NCBI GenBank assembly: GCA_963681965.1 | Contig: OY820579.1 | Location: forward strand, 2,816,001 to 2,880,000 | Reading direction: 5' to 3' | Length of the DNA stretch: 64,000 nt | DNA from: a bacterium | GTDB lineage: Bacteria; Electryoneota; JAOADG01 | Part shown: positions 41,579 to 51,536 of the stretch, piece by piece | Layout of the letters: each line of letters opens with the position of its first letter | How positions within the stretch are numbered: position 1 is the stretch's first letter | Program-made: the position numbers and the translations under genes | Notes under the pieces: generated by a model | Told to the model about the DNA's origin: nothing | Databases searched by the model: none | Seen by the model: the letters and a program-made list of their open reading frames with translations, nothing else

Positions 41579-41603
41579 AGTGAAATTTCAAATCCGAAAC
41601 AAA

Positions 41604-43040
41604 TCAGACAGGATACGAAATATCGAGATTACGTGCCGCCATCGCCTCATTTAATCGTCCAACGGGAGTCGATTTCGGTGCACTTCGAAGAACATCGGGT
41701 GTCTCTCTCGCCTCGACGGCAATTTTTTTCATCGCATCGATAAACCGGTCGATGGTTTGTAACGACTCGGTTTCGGTCGGTTCAATCATGATCGCTTCAT
41801 GCACAATCAGCGGAAAATATACTGTCGGTGCATGGAACCCGTAATCGAGCAATCGCTTCGCAATATCCAACGTCTTGATATTGTATTCTTTTTGTTTATC
41901 CCCACTGAAGACAACTTCGTGCATACAGATGCCCGGATAGGGTAATTCGTAGTCATCGATCAATCTTGCCCGAATATAGTTCGCATTCAGGACTGCATAC
42001 CGACTATTGTCGGTCAATCCTTCGCGACCATTACTGCGGATGTAAGACAGCGCGCGAACCAAGATGCCAAAATTGCCGAAAAACGTCAAGAGCTTGCCAA
42101 TCGATAAGGGTCGTTTCCATTCCCAGTTGAAGTGGTTCCCATTTTTAACAATCCGTGGAACTGGAAGGAATTGTTCAAGATCGGCACGGCATCCGACTGG
42201 ACCGGCACCCGGACCACCACCACCGTGAGGGGTTGAGAAGGTCTTGTGCAAATTGATATGACAAATATCGAAGCCCATGTCGGCGGGTCGAGCGATACCC
42301 ACGATCGCATTCAGATTCGCGCCATCCATGTACATCAGTCCATCGACTGAGTGAATGATCGCCGCAATTTCCGCAATCTGTGGTTCAAACAAACCGAGTG
42401 TATTCGGATTCGTAATCATCAAACCAGCGACGTTGTCGTCGACAACTTTTCGCAGTTCTTCTAAATCGATCAATCCGTCCGAATTACTCGTCAATTGAAG
42501 TACTTCGAAGCCACAAATCGCGATGGAAGCCGGATTGGTTCCGTGTGCGGAATCGGGAATAATGATTTTCTTCGGATCGCGACCTTTGTTCTTGTGATAT
42601 GCTTTCATCAACAAAAGACCGGTGTATTCCCCTTGCGCCCCAGCTGCGGGTTGCAATGTAATTGCATGAAATCCGGTAATCGCTTTGAGGGATTCTTCCA
42701 ACTCCCAGAGCATCTGGAGTGCGCCTTGCATCGAGGAAATTGGCTGTAATGGGTGTAATTGCGTAAATCCCGGATATCGAGCGATTTCTTCATTCAACTT
42801 CGGGTTGTACTTCATCGTACAAGAACCAAGGGGGTAGAAATCTTTATCGACATGATGATTCAACACCGATAGTCTGGTAAAGTGACGAACAGCGTCGATT
42901 TCCGAAACTTCGGGAAATGGTAAATCTTCGCGTAACATCGCTGCCGGTATCGGTGATGGAAGAGCAGGAACATCCAAGTCAGGCAGTGGAACACCGGTTC
43001 GGGATGGTTGTGAAAGCTCAAAAAGCAATGGTTCGGTCAT
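41604..43040 (-). CDS. gcvPB: Glycine dehydrogenase (decarboxylating) subunit 2
   Basis: GAGGAG RBS before ATG 43040; PLGSCTMKYN, SAHGTNPAS, NLHKTFSTPHGGGGPG. Confidence 0.97.
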   Translation of the reverse strand: MTEPLLFELSQPSRTGVPLPDLDVPALPSPIPAAMLREDLPFPEVSEIDAVRHFTRLSVLNHHVDKDFYPLGSCTMKYNPKLNEEIARYPGFTQLHPLQPISSMQGALQMLWELEESLKAITGFHAITLQPAAGAQGEYTGLLLMKAYHKNKGRDPKKIIIPDSAHGTNPASIAICGFEVLQLTSNSDGLIDLEELRKVVDDNVAGLMITNPNTLGLFEPQIAEIAAIIHSVDGLMYMDGANLNAIVGIARPADMGFDICHINLHKTFSTPHGGGGPGAGPVGCRADLEQFLPVPRIVKNGNHFNWEWKRPLSIGKLLTFFGNFGILVRALSYIRSNGREGLTDNSRYAVLNANYIRARLIDDYELPYPGICMHEVVFSGDKQKEYNIKTLDIAKRLLDYGFHAPTVYFPLIVHEAIMIEPTETESLQTIDRFIDAMKKIAVEARETPDVLRSAPKSTPVGRLNEAMAARNLDISYPV

Positions 43041-43259
43041 GCAACAACTCCTCAGATTGGTTAGAATAAACACTAAAGCAGTTCGCTTTGGTCTTATCCT
43101 GTAGTCATCGCGATAAGATAAGCATCTTTCACTTTTATCGCAATCGCTTGATTTTGCTGTTTTGAATCTATTCATTAGACAAAATCGATGAGATTAAACC
43201 TGACTACTCACTTGCGTTTCCTACAATTACTTTTTCCAAGGAAGAACCAAGAAATCGAT

Positions 43260-44069
43260 ATGAAATGTTCGTCTGCAAATCTTTTCATAAAAGTACAATT
43301 TATTGTGTATTTCTGTTTGGCTAGCAGTTCTTCATTTGCTACGACTTTGGGAGTAATTAGCGGATTAGGTCAAATCGATGTGAATGGAGCGATCTATAGC
43401 CATCGATCAGTAGCCATCGATTTTCTAGCCTCAAAATATGACATGGTGTCTTGGGGCGAAATTCGCACGACTGATGTAGTGAGAAGACGTGTACACGATA
43501 TTACTCTTGAAAGTGGGTTCGGCTATGTATGCTATATTCCCGAGAGTAAATGGTGGCTTGGCGGTGGTGTACTGAGTGTGAATACTTCGGGCGATTTTGT
43601 TTCGACGCTACCTTGGGGACAAGCCAGCTACAGTGTCCTCCCTACCTTTTGGTTGCAAACTGCGGTGATCGCTGGAAACCGTGCGGAATATGATCGAGAG
43701 GGTGGAATAGTTCAAAGCGATCTCATGTGTTCCTGGTATAAAAATCGCTGGAATCTTCAATTTGGCGGTTTTGGTGAAGGTGGCAATCAAATCAAACCCA
43801 GTGGTGGCGGAGTCGTGCGGTTGAATTACAATCAACTCAAGTGGCAATTGAAATCGACTACCGTAGTGGGTAATTTTACTCATTGGATCGAACGCGAAAC
43901 TTTACTGAAGTATGAGACCTATCAAACATCGCAGATAGTGAGTCGTGTGACTGGTAGTTATACCCTTTTCCAAAAAATGATTTTGAACGGTACGATCGAA
44001 TTTAACAAAACAAAGGAGTCAGAAGCATGGTTCGGCAATTTCGGCATCAGTTATATATTCGGCTATTGA
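43260..44069 (+). CDS. Hypothetical protein, probable outer-membrane beta-barrel
   Basis: Signal peptide, alternating aromatic strands, C-terminal FGISYIF. Confidence 0.5.
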   Translation: MKCSSANLFIKVQFIVYFCLASSSSFATTLGVISGLGQIDVNGAIYSHRSVAIDFLASKYDMVSWGEIRTTDVVRRRVHDITLESGFGYVCYIPESKWWLGGGVLSVNTSGDFVSTLPWGQASYSVLPTFWLQTAVIAGNRAEYDREGGIVQSDLMCSWYKNRWNLQFGGFGEGGNQIKPSGGGVVRLNYNQLKWQLKSTTVVGNFTHWIERETLLKYETYQTSQIVSRVTGSYTLFQKMILNGTIEFNKTKESEAWFGNFGISYIFGY

Positions 44070-44485
44070 GTATCGGGATTATTGTACTCTTAGCATTACC
44101 CTTATTGGCTTTTGCACAATCGAACGTACAATCCGGTTTGGAATACGATAAAGCCGGCAAACCAGTCGCAATCATTGTCTCGGGAAAAAATTCGGAAGAC
44201 AACGATGTGTATCTAGGTGTCTCAATTTACCCTAGTGGAATTGCCGATCCGCTTACACAAGGGATTCATTCCAATGAGACACTTCCTGCAGGACAAGTAT
44301 TTTACAAGCGTTTCCCATTGAACAATACTGTAGCTGGTACATTTGAAGTTGCGGTCTGGGGTAAGAAGATACCGAAAAATATGGCAATCGATCCTAACAA
44401 TTTCTTTGCCAAAAAATGGGGTTTCGTGCTCGATCAGCAGAAATGCTATCTTTCGGGTTGGATTATGCCGTTTGTCGGAAAGTGA
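44027..44485 (+). CDS. Hypothetical secreted protein
   Basis: Signal peptide ending AFA; overlaps upstream gene. Confidence 0.6.
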   Translation: MVRQFRHQLYIRLLSIGIIVLLALPLLAFAQSNVQSGLEYDKAGKPVAIIVSGKNSEDNDVYLGVSIYPSGIADPLTQGIHSNETLPAGQVFYKRFPLNNTVAGTFEVAVWGKKIPKNMAIDPNNFFAKKWGFVLDQQKCYLSGWIMPFVGK

Positions 44486-44493
44486 TTAAATGG

Positions 44494-44538
44494 TTTAATC
44501 GCGCCAGGCAAGCACAACGTTTGCTTGGCGCGATTAAA
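44494..44538. terminator. Long hairpin between convergent genes
   Basis: TTTAATCGCGCCAGGCAAGC-ACAAC-GTTTGCTTGGCGCGATTAAA. Confidence 0.6.
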
Positions 44539-45715
44539 AATCGGCGATGTGCGCCAACCGGGATCCCTGCTCTTTACTAAAATCAATCAATAGCGGACGT
44601 TCTAGGCGGTGATTAAGTTCATCGCGAAGCAATAATACTTGTGGATGCTGCAAGTCGTTGGGATTAACTTTCGCAACTACACCAGCATAATTTTTCATCA
44701 TCATATTTCGCGCATTTTCGACTCTTACCAGACTACTCACCGGAAACACATTAATAATCGACATCGCGGCAGCCACAACATGCGGATGAAACCATTTACC
44801 CGAGAGCGATAGCATCTCCTCTACCGCATTGAGTGGATCGATCGATTCCAATCGCACACGACCATTTACCAAATTGTCGAAGTAGTCAGACACCGCGATG
44901 ATTTCGGCGTGTCGGAAGATTTTCCCGCGCAATTGTGGTCGATTATGGGTGGGTGGTAATGGATCGCCACTAATTCGCTCCGGAAAACCAGTACCGTCGA
45001 AATTCTCATGGTGCTGATAAATTGCCACGCTTACACTCAATGGCAGCGAATCATCGTCCATCACGATATCCGAACCCATTTTTGGATGCAATAAATATTT
45101 CTTCTGCAATTCCGTCGATCGGTCTAACGGGTGAATGATACGCTCGGCGGGTGTCCAAGAGGATTTTCCCAGATCGTGAAGTAGCGATGCTTGTGCTAGA
45201 TTCTCCAAATCCGGTCGATCGTAATGGAACCGCATCCCGATCATCACTGAGAGAAGAGCTACTTCGAAGGAATGCGAAAAATCGCTTTCAAGACCCAAAG
45301 CAGTCGAAGGGTAGTAATGATTATTAGTGCCGTGTAAAACGGAATCAAGCAGTGTTTGCGAAGCCTGTTTCAAAATCCGGATTTTATTCGGTGTGCGCTC
45401 GGTACGAATCATCGAGCGAGCGTCGTTGGCAGTTTTCGATTCGGATTTACCGGATAACTTCGAAATGGAAATCAGCCGATTGTAAAGTGAGAATACTTTC
45501 CGACGGTCTTCGACATCGATCAAATCTTCGGCAATGATCGATTCGGTACCTTCTTCCTGAATATAGATAAATTGAAATTCGAATTTCCGCAATCGACCGA
45601 TATATTCATCGGTCAGAGTCGTCCCCTGTTTCAAGAGCAAGCGCATCTGATCGTCATAAACTGGACGAGCGAGCACAGTACCAGGAATTAATCGATCAAC
45701 AGTTGCTTGTCGCAT
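44534..45715 (-). CDS. HD-GYP family protein (GFP variant)
   Basis: LIPGTVLARPVY N-terminus, HDLGK, HHENFDGTGFP. Confidence 0.85.
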   Translation of the reverse strand: MRQATVDRLIPGTVLARPVYDDQMRLLLKQGTTLTDEYIGRLRKFEFQFIYIQEEGTESIIAEDLIDVEDRRKVFSLYNRLISISKLSGKSESKTANDARSMIRTERTPNKIRILKQASQTLLDSVLHGTNNHYYPSTALGLESDFSHSFEVALLSVMIGMRFHYDRPDLENLAQASLLHDLGKSSWTPAERIIHPLDRSTELQKKYLLHPKMGSDIVMDDDSLPLSVSVAIYQHHENFDGTGFPERISGDPLPPTHNRPQLRGKIFRHAEIIAVSDYFDNLVNGRVRLESIDPLNAVEEMLSLSGKWFHPHVVAAAMSIINVFPVSSLVRVENARNMMMKNYAGVVAKVNPNDLQHPQVLLLRDELNHRLERPLLIDFSKEQGSRLAHIADF

Positions 45716-45868
45716 AACCGAATAAGAATTAACAGTCCGAATGAAGAATCATTATCTACCTACCACAATATCGACTTGATGTCGCGGTACATTAATAATG
45801 AAATATCTGCCATTTTGCAAATCAAATTCAAGTCAAGGAAAAGAATAAAATCCCCGAAATCTGCCCAA

Positions 45869-47137
45869 TTACATGAATATTGCAGCAATTGCAGCAGTTA
45901 CCCAATTGGCAAAGGCACCGCAGAACATCATTTTCAAACCAATCGATGCCAACTCTGTGCGCTTTTCGGGTACAAGTGCACTTATTCCACCGATTTGGAT
46001 CGCAATACTGGAAAAATTGGAAAAACCACACAACGCATACGTTGCAAGTGAAATCGAGCGTGGCGACAGCGTACCTGCAGCTTTCATTTGGGCAAGATCG
46101 GCATAAGCAACAAATTCATTTACCGAGATTTGGGTTCCAAGCAAATATCCGACTTTACCAGCTTCCGACCAGGGAATCCCCAGCATCCAGGCGAATGGCG
46201 CGAAAATTACCCCAAAAATGTCTTTCAACGACTCGGGAAACCAAGTGATATTGGTATAGAACCACACTTGTCCATGCATCCAACTCAGTACAACATTCAA
46301 TCCCGCAATCAAGGCGATGAAGGCTATCAGCATGGCAGCGATATTGAGTGCCAATTTCATACCATCCGATGCACCGGATGAAGCGGCATCGATCAGATTG
46401 GTGTAATACTGCTCGCGGGGTACTTTTACATTACCGTACGTCAACGGTTTACCAAGTTCGGGAATTGCCAATTTGGCGAACATCAATGCCGAGGGTGCCG
46501 ACATCACTGACGCTGCGATAATATGATTCGCGGGAATACCCATTGCGATATATCCCGCCATTACACCGCCGGCGATCGTCGCATATCCGCCACACATGAT
46601 CGCGGCTAATTCCGAGCGGGTGGCGGTTTTCAAATAAGGGCGAATCAGTAATGGCGCTTCGGTCTGACCAAGAAAAATGTTGGCGGCACAGGATAGCGAT
46701 TCGGCACCGGACGTATTCATGGTTTTCGCCATGATACGCGCAACTAGTTCAACGACGGGTTGCATGATGCGGGCATGATACAAGAGCGCCATAAAAGCGG
46801 AAAAGAAAATCACAGTCGGTAATACCAGCAGTGCAAATTGAAAGCCGAAAGTATTCATGTACTCCGGTTTGACGATGTTTCCAAATAAGAACTCGGAACC
46901 GTATTTCGAAAGCGAGAGAAATTCCGAAACGCGATCGCCAAACCAGCCGAGTGCTTTGATGCCGGGGGGAAAAACCAAAATCAATACGGCGAAAATTGCT
47001 TGTAATCCGACACCCCAAATGATTGTGCGCCATGGAATGCGTTTGCGATCTTCGGCAAACAATAACCAAACAATCAGTAACAGCATTGGAATAGCAAAAA
47101 TTGCTCGAATTGAATCGGCACTCATGAAGTACTCCAC
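45869..47137 (-). CDS. nupC: Concentrative nucleoside transporter (NupC/CNT)
   Basis: TSGAES, ANIFLGQTEAPL, NEFVAY, ALCGFSNFSSI. Confidence 0.93.
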   Translation of the reverse strand: MEYFMSADSIRAIFAIPMLLLIVWLLFAEDRKRIPWRTIIWGVGLQAIFAVLILVFPPGIKALGWFGDRVSEFLSLSKYGSEFLFGNIVKPEYMNTFGFQFALLVLPTVIFFSAFMALLYHARIMQPVVELVARIMAKTMNTSGAESLSCAANIFLGQTEAPLLIRPYLKTATRSELAAIMCGGYATIAGGVMAGYIAMGIPANHIIAASVMSAPSALMFAKLAIPELGKPLTYGNVKVPREQYYTNLIDAASSGASDGMKLALNIAAMLIAFIALIAGLNVVLSWMHGQVWFYTNITWFPESLKDIFGVIFAPFAWMLGIPWSEAGKVGYLLGTQISVNEFVAYADLAQMKAAGTLSPRSISLATYALCGFSNFSSIAIQIGGISALVPEKRTELASIGLKMMFCGAFANWVTAAIAAIFM

Positions 47138-47259
47138 AGCAAGAAGGAAGAAAAATGACAGGAAGGAAAGATACGGCTTCGGTTTCGGGTATTACAATTC
47201 AAGTTTGCAGAGTAATATAAATTCAATGAATAAAACAAAATAACTGGGTTGAACTGCAT

Positions 47260-47300
47260 AAAAAAAGGTATTACTCAATCTTGCGAAGGAATAATACCCT
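47260..47300 (-). terminator. Intrinsic terminator, probably the native tRNA-Pro terminator displaced by the islet
   Basis: Minus strand GGTATTATTC..GAGTAATACC-TTTTTTT just downstream of the duplicated tRNA 3' end. Confidence 0.65.
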
Positions 47301-47315
47301 TGTTTCGGTAAATCT

Positions 47316-47365
47316 GTGTCGGGACGACTGGATTTGAACCAGCGACCCCTAGACCCCCAGTCTAG
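47316..47365 (-). repeat. att site: 50-bp duplicate of tRNA-Pro 3' portion
   Basis: Identical to 52638-52687 (GTGTCGGGACGACTGG...CCCCCAGTCTAG). Confidence 0.93.
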
Positions 47366-47620
47366 CTCTTGAACGATTAGCGATAATGTATCTTATTACG
47401 TTTGTGAGAATTAGAGCTGACTAAGAAATCGAACTGCTAACGGTTTTTAGTGTTTTTTAGTCGTTAACCGTTAGCACCAATCTCGTCAATCTTCGAGTCA
47501 AAGTCAAGAGGGAGGTAGGAATTCAATTTTTTTTCTTGAATTCACCACAGCGAGATTCCCTAACAGGAGTATGATGAAGAAATCAGATTACGCTCGAACC
47601 GAGGATGGTTGGAAAGATAT

Positions 47621-47833
47621 TTACGAACGCAATCCGAATGCAACAAATGAACGTGTTGCTTCAGTTGTACCACTAGAGTCTAATGGAACCAACTTTTCTG
47701 GTACTTTGGAACGAGGTGCTTCAGTCCAATTACCACCTTTGGGATCGGAAAGAACCCAAGGTGATTTTTCTGGTGAAGTTGGTACTGCCCAAACTCGACC
47801 GGAACTGTCGGAAAGAAAATTAACTACTCCCAT
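47621..47833 (-). CDS. Possible small hypothetical protein
   Basis: GAGG RBS before ATG 47833; co-directional with islet genes; competing + strand ORF exists. Confidence 0.3.
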   Translation of the reverse strand: MGVVNFLSDSSGRVWAVPTSPEKSPWVLSDPKGGNWTEAPRSKVPEKLVPLDSSGTTEATRSFVAFGLRS

Positions 47834-47890
47834 TTCGAATCCTCTCTACAAACGTACATGAAATGATACATTACCAATTTACACAGAAAG

Positions 47891-48514
47891 CTATCCCCGC
47901 CATTCACCGATATCGGAAAATGGACAATCGACTTCCCAATGAAACTTGCCATAACGAAAATTCGATTCCATACTGGAAACACCGCTATGAACCCAGATAT
48001 TTGGTTCAAGCATGGCATCACAGAATTTTATACAATAAAAATGAGTTATGGAATCACTACGAGCTTGATTTCTAAAATATTGTAAACCACCATGATAATT
48101 ACCAGAAGTATCGAATTGATAATCTGCCCAAAATTCTAGAATTTCGTCATTCAATCTGTGATACATCATTCGACTTCGCCATCGCAGTGTATCGCTTGTG
48201 CCAACATAAGTCGAATCATAGAAATACTTGTTAGGTCGTTTAACAAATTTCACATGAAGCTTTTCATTAACGGTTCCCGAGTCTGTTACAAAACATAGAG
48301 TTGAATCGCTCCAATGAACAGTGTTATCGGGATGAAATCCATGAAAACTAACAGGTAAACTATCGATAAACATTGTAGATGAATCGTAAAAATAACCTGC
48401 TTCAGCAACACCGTCCATAGCAATCCAGTGAAATCCATTAAAATGGATCGGAGCAGCAAGTGAAAGAGAGAATAAAATTGAACTAAACAGAATTACCAAT
48501 ATTGAGTGTCTCAT
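47891..48514 (-). CDS. Hypothetical secreted protein
   Basis: GAGG RBS, signal peptide ending SLA; follows SBBP gene. Confidence 0.65.
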   Translation of the reverse strand: MRHSILVILFSSILFSLSLAAPIHFNGFHWIAMDGVAEAGYFYDSSTMFIDSLPVSFHGFHPDNTVHWSDSTLCFVTDSGTVNEKLHVKFVKRPNKYFYDSTYVGTSDTLRWRSRMMYHRLNDEILEFWADYQFDTSGNYHGGLQYFRNQARSDSITHFYCIKFCDAMLEPNIWVHSGVSSMESNFRYGKFHWEVDCPFSDIGEWRG

Positions 48515-48545
48515 GGAAAAATCCTCATTGAATGGTTTGTAAATA

Positions 48546-51146
48546 CTATTTAATAATCATCATCTTACGTACTGAAGATTGATGATTCGTCGTAAATCGA
48601 TAAAAATACTCGCCTGAGGGCAAGCTTTTCGCATTAAAAACAATTCGATGAACGCCCGAATACTGATCCTCATCGACTATACTTCGAATCTTTCTCCCAA
48701 GCAAATCGAATAAATCAATTTTTACATGTTCTGTGGATGGAATCGAATATTCTATCGTTGTTGATGAATTGTACGGATTGGGGTAATTCTGGCAAAGAAT
48801 CATCGAAGTTGGAAGATTTAACTCATAATTCTTAACACCAAGGGTGTCAAATCGAAATTGAGTGATAAAACAATCGCCTTCAAGACTGCCACCGTTATAC
48901 ACCGTATCGAACGCCGAAATTGTCGTTGGCAAATTGCTACTTGTAGTTGAGCCCACAAATACGATGGAACAATTATTTTCGGTCACCATTCCAAAAGTAT
49001 TATCTGTTCCATTTCCACCAAAATAAGTTGAATAAGTAATATTTGAAACAAAATAATTTAATTTAGCAACAAAACAATCATATCCGCCTTGGTTAAGTCT
49101 TGAATATGCATCGATTGTCGTAGGGAAATCCGAACTATTCGTAATACCTGTAATATATATAGAATTTAGATTATCAATAAAAAGACCATTTCCAGATTCA
49201 TATCCTAATCCTCCTAAAAAAGTACTAGACACTAATCGAGAAGAATCACAATCTAGTACACTGAGAATGCAGTCCATAGAACCACTTAAACTTGTATCAA
49301 TTCCAACAGCAGTAACTGGATAATTTGTACTATATGTCTCTCCTGTCATCACAACATTTCTATTACTATTTATTAATATATTATTCACTACATCCTCATT
49401 ATCTCCGCCTAAATAAGTACTGAAGAGTAAATTAGAACAGGTCGAATCAAAAATAGAAATAAATCCGTCAGACCATCCTCTGTTGAAAGTAGAATCAAAT
49501 GAATTTATAGTTGCTGGAAAATCACTACTTGAAGTAAATCCCGCAATGATAATTTGATTGCGATTATTAAGATTAATAGTATTGCAAAAATCTAAATTTG
49601 TTCCTCCAAAATATGTACTATTAAATATCAGTGATCCAGTCGGATTGATATGCGAGATAAAACAGTCATACTCACCTCCATTAAAGGTAATATTATAAGC
49701 ATTTGTTGTAATTGGAAAATCAGTACTTGAGGTGTTTCCTGTTATTATTGCTCCTCCAATACCATCGGGAATAATGTCTTCACCAACATCACTGTTCATG
49801 CCACCGATAAATTGACTATAAATTAATCGTGATCCAGAGCTATTAACTTTAGTGATAAAACAGTCGCTTGTCGGTAGAGTTGGACTAAGATGAAAGAGAT
49901 TATCAGCAGGAAAGTTCTCACTAAAAGTCGAACCTGTAACAATTACTCCACTAAGACTATCATTACATATTGCACTTCCATAATCAACATCGGATCCTCC
50001 GAGATAAGTACAGAATATCAACGCAGATCCATCACTATTTACATGCGCAATAAAACAATCACTCGAACCATTATAGGATATATCACCAGCTCCTTCTGTT
50101 ATAGGAAAATTATTACTCGCAGTCTCACCAGTTACAACACACCCTCCATTCATATCATTCACAACAGCATTTGCCACATCATTTCCACTCCCACCCAAAT
50201 AGGTACTATACACCAACGGATCGATCCGCAGCATCTGCGAGTTATCATACCCATTTGGCAAATCGATCGCGAAGACATTTCCTGACTCGAGTCTGAATTG
50301 TGCCGTGACATTGTTTCCATGAGTGCCATCAGTAATGGTTTGGTATGCACCCGGAATTGACATCCGTAATTCACCGAGGGAGGTGGGAAGCGAAAGTTCA
50401 TTTGATAAGAGGAGGTCGGACACTCCTGTCCGACTCCTTTTTGTGATAGAATTAATTGAGTCGACGGACAAGAGTGTCCGTCCACCGCCTACTATTGGCG
50501 CTTCCAATCCCTCACACACCATCTTGATTTGCTTCGGATCGGCACCGGGATGTACAACGAAATCGAATTCGAGATGACCCTTGCTCTCATACCATTCGAC
50601 ATCAATGCCGTCCCACACATCGTGATACACCACACGCGTAAAATTGCGGCAATCCGGTGCCCACTTTGAGGAATCATTCCCGAGGAAATAATTGTTGTGC
50701 CACGATAATTCACCCTGTGTATCGATGGATTTTGCGCAAGTGTATTTTCGTAGGTCGGAATTTATTCCGACATCCTCTTGTGTCGCGCATTCACCGACAA
50801 ATTTGAATTTGAGGGCATGCGATTTTAACGCATAGCGCGGTGGGAGATCGCGATCCATCGGGTCAAAAGATAGATTGCCACGTCCGCCGCTTTGCGTCGT
50901 CCTCGCAATAACAGAGGAAGAATCAATCACGGAGGTTACAAGGGTGACACCATCGCGCTCAAGGAACCAGGCGAAGCCATCGCGCCGCACCTCGCATTTA
51001 TACACCACGGCGGAATCCCACTGCCCTTTATTCTCGGTAAACTGGAATGGGTGTGGCAGCCGCGTCGATTGCACACTGACTCCATACGCTGAACCGATCA
51101 GGATAACGACTGCGAGGATCGTCTGAATGAATCTTTTCGTTCGCAT
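48546..51146 (-). CDS. SBBP beta-propeller repeat protein with T9SS-type CTD
   Basis: FTENKGQW N-terminal domain, IDPLVYSTYLGG, repeated (S)TYLGG..D..VTG.T.S.DFP units, NYPNPYN CTD. Confidence 0.9.
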   Translation of the reverse strand: MRTKRFIQTILAVVILIGSAYGVSVQSTRLPHPFQFTENKGQWDSAVVYKCEVRRDGFAWFLERDGVTLVTSVIDSSSVIARTTQSGGRGNLSFDPMDRDLPPRYALKSHALKFKFVGECATQEDVGINSDLRKYTCAKSIDTQGELSWHNNYFLGNDSSKWAPDCRNFTRVVYHDVWDGIDVEWYESKGHLEFDFVVHPGADPKQIKMVCEGLEAPIVGGGRTLLSVDSINSITKRSRTGVSDLLLSNELSLPTSLGELRMSIPGAYQTITDGTHGNNVTAQFRLESGNVFAIDLPNGYDNSQMLRIDPLVYSTYLGGSGNDVANAVVNDMNGGCVVTGETASNNFPITEGAGDISYNGSSDCFIAHVNSDGSALIFCTYLGGSDVDYGSAICNDSLSGVIVTGSTFSENFPADNLFHLSPTLPTSDCFITKVNSSGSRLIYSQFIGGMNSDVGEDIIPDGIGGAIITGNTSSTDFPITTNAYNITFNGGEYDCFISHINPTGSLIFNSTYFGGTNLDFCNTINLNNRNQIIIAGFTSSSDFPATINSFDSTFNRGWSDGFISIFDSTCSNLLFSTYLGGDNEDVVNNILINSNRNVVMTGETYSTNYPVTAVGIDTSLSGSMDCILSVLDCDSSRLVSSTFLGGLGYESGNGLFIDNLNSIYITGITNSSDFPTTIDAYSRLNQGGYDCFVAKLNYFVSNITYSTYFGGNGTDNTFGMVTENNCSIVFVGSTTSSNLPTTISAFDTVYNGGSLEGDCFITQFRFDTLGVKNYELNLPTSMILCQNYPNPYNSSTTIEYSIPSTEHVKIDLFDLLGRKIRSIVDEDQYSGVHRIVFNAKSLPSGEYFYRFTTNHQSSVRKMMIIK

Positions 51147-51183
51147 CTTTCCTCCACTTCCTTCTAACCTAGTTCAGCATACA

Positions 51184-51275
51184 AGAAAACGCCCAGCACT
51201 TCAAGCATGGGCGCAGAATACTCAGTAAACCAGTAAGATTTTCGGTTACATCGATCTTACACTGCAAGCCGCCCA
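51184..51275 (-). promoter_or_regulatory. Structured 5' leader with alternative terminator/antiterminator
   Basis: CGCCCA at 51190-95 and 51270-75 both complement TGGGCG 51208-13; internal GTAAGAT/ATCTTAC stem; U-tract after proximal hairpin. Confidence 0.5.
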
Positions 51276-51536
51276 AGTATGTTTCCGTCGTAATTAGTCA
51301 TAAAATAAGATCATTGACATCCGCTATCAATACTAAATAAAATATTCTGCAGAATCATCCTAGAGTTATCGATTCTCACATTGTATTGATAATAGTATTA
51401 GTGAATATTTGGCGTTGATCGATAGCAAATTCCATTCTTTACAAGTGGGTAGTTAGGCGTGTTGAATATTATTATAATTGAAAGTATTAGTATCGGTTGA
51501 ACGTTTTTTTATTCTACACGCTTCAATGCGCACGCA

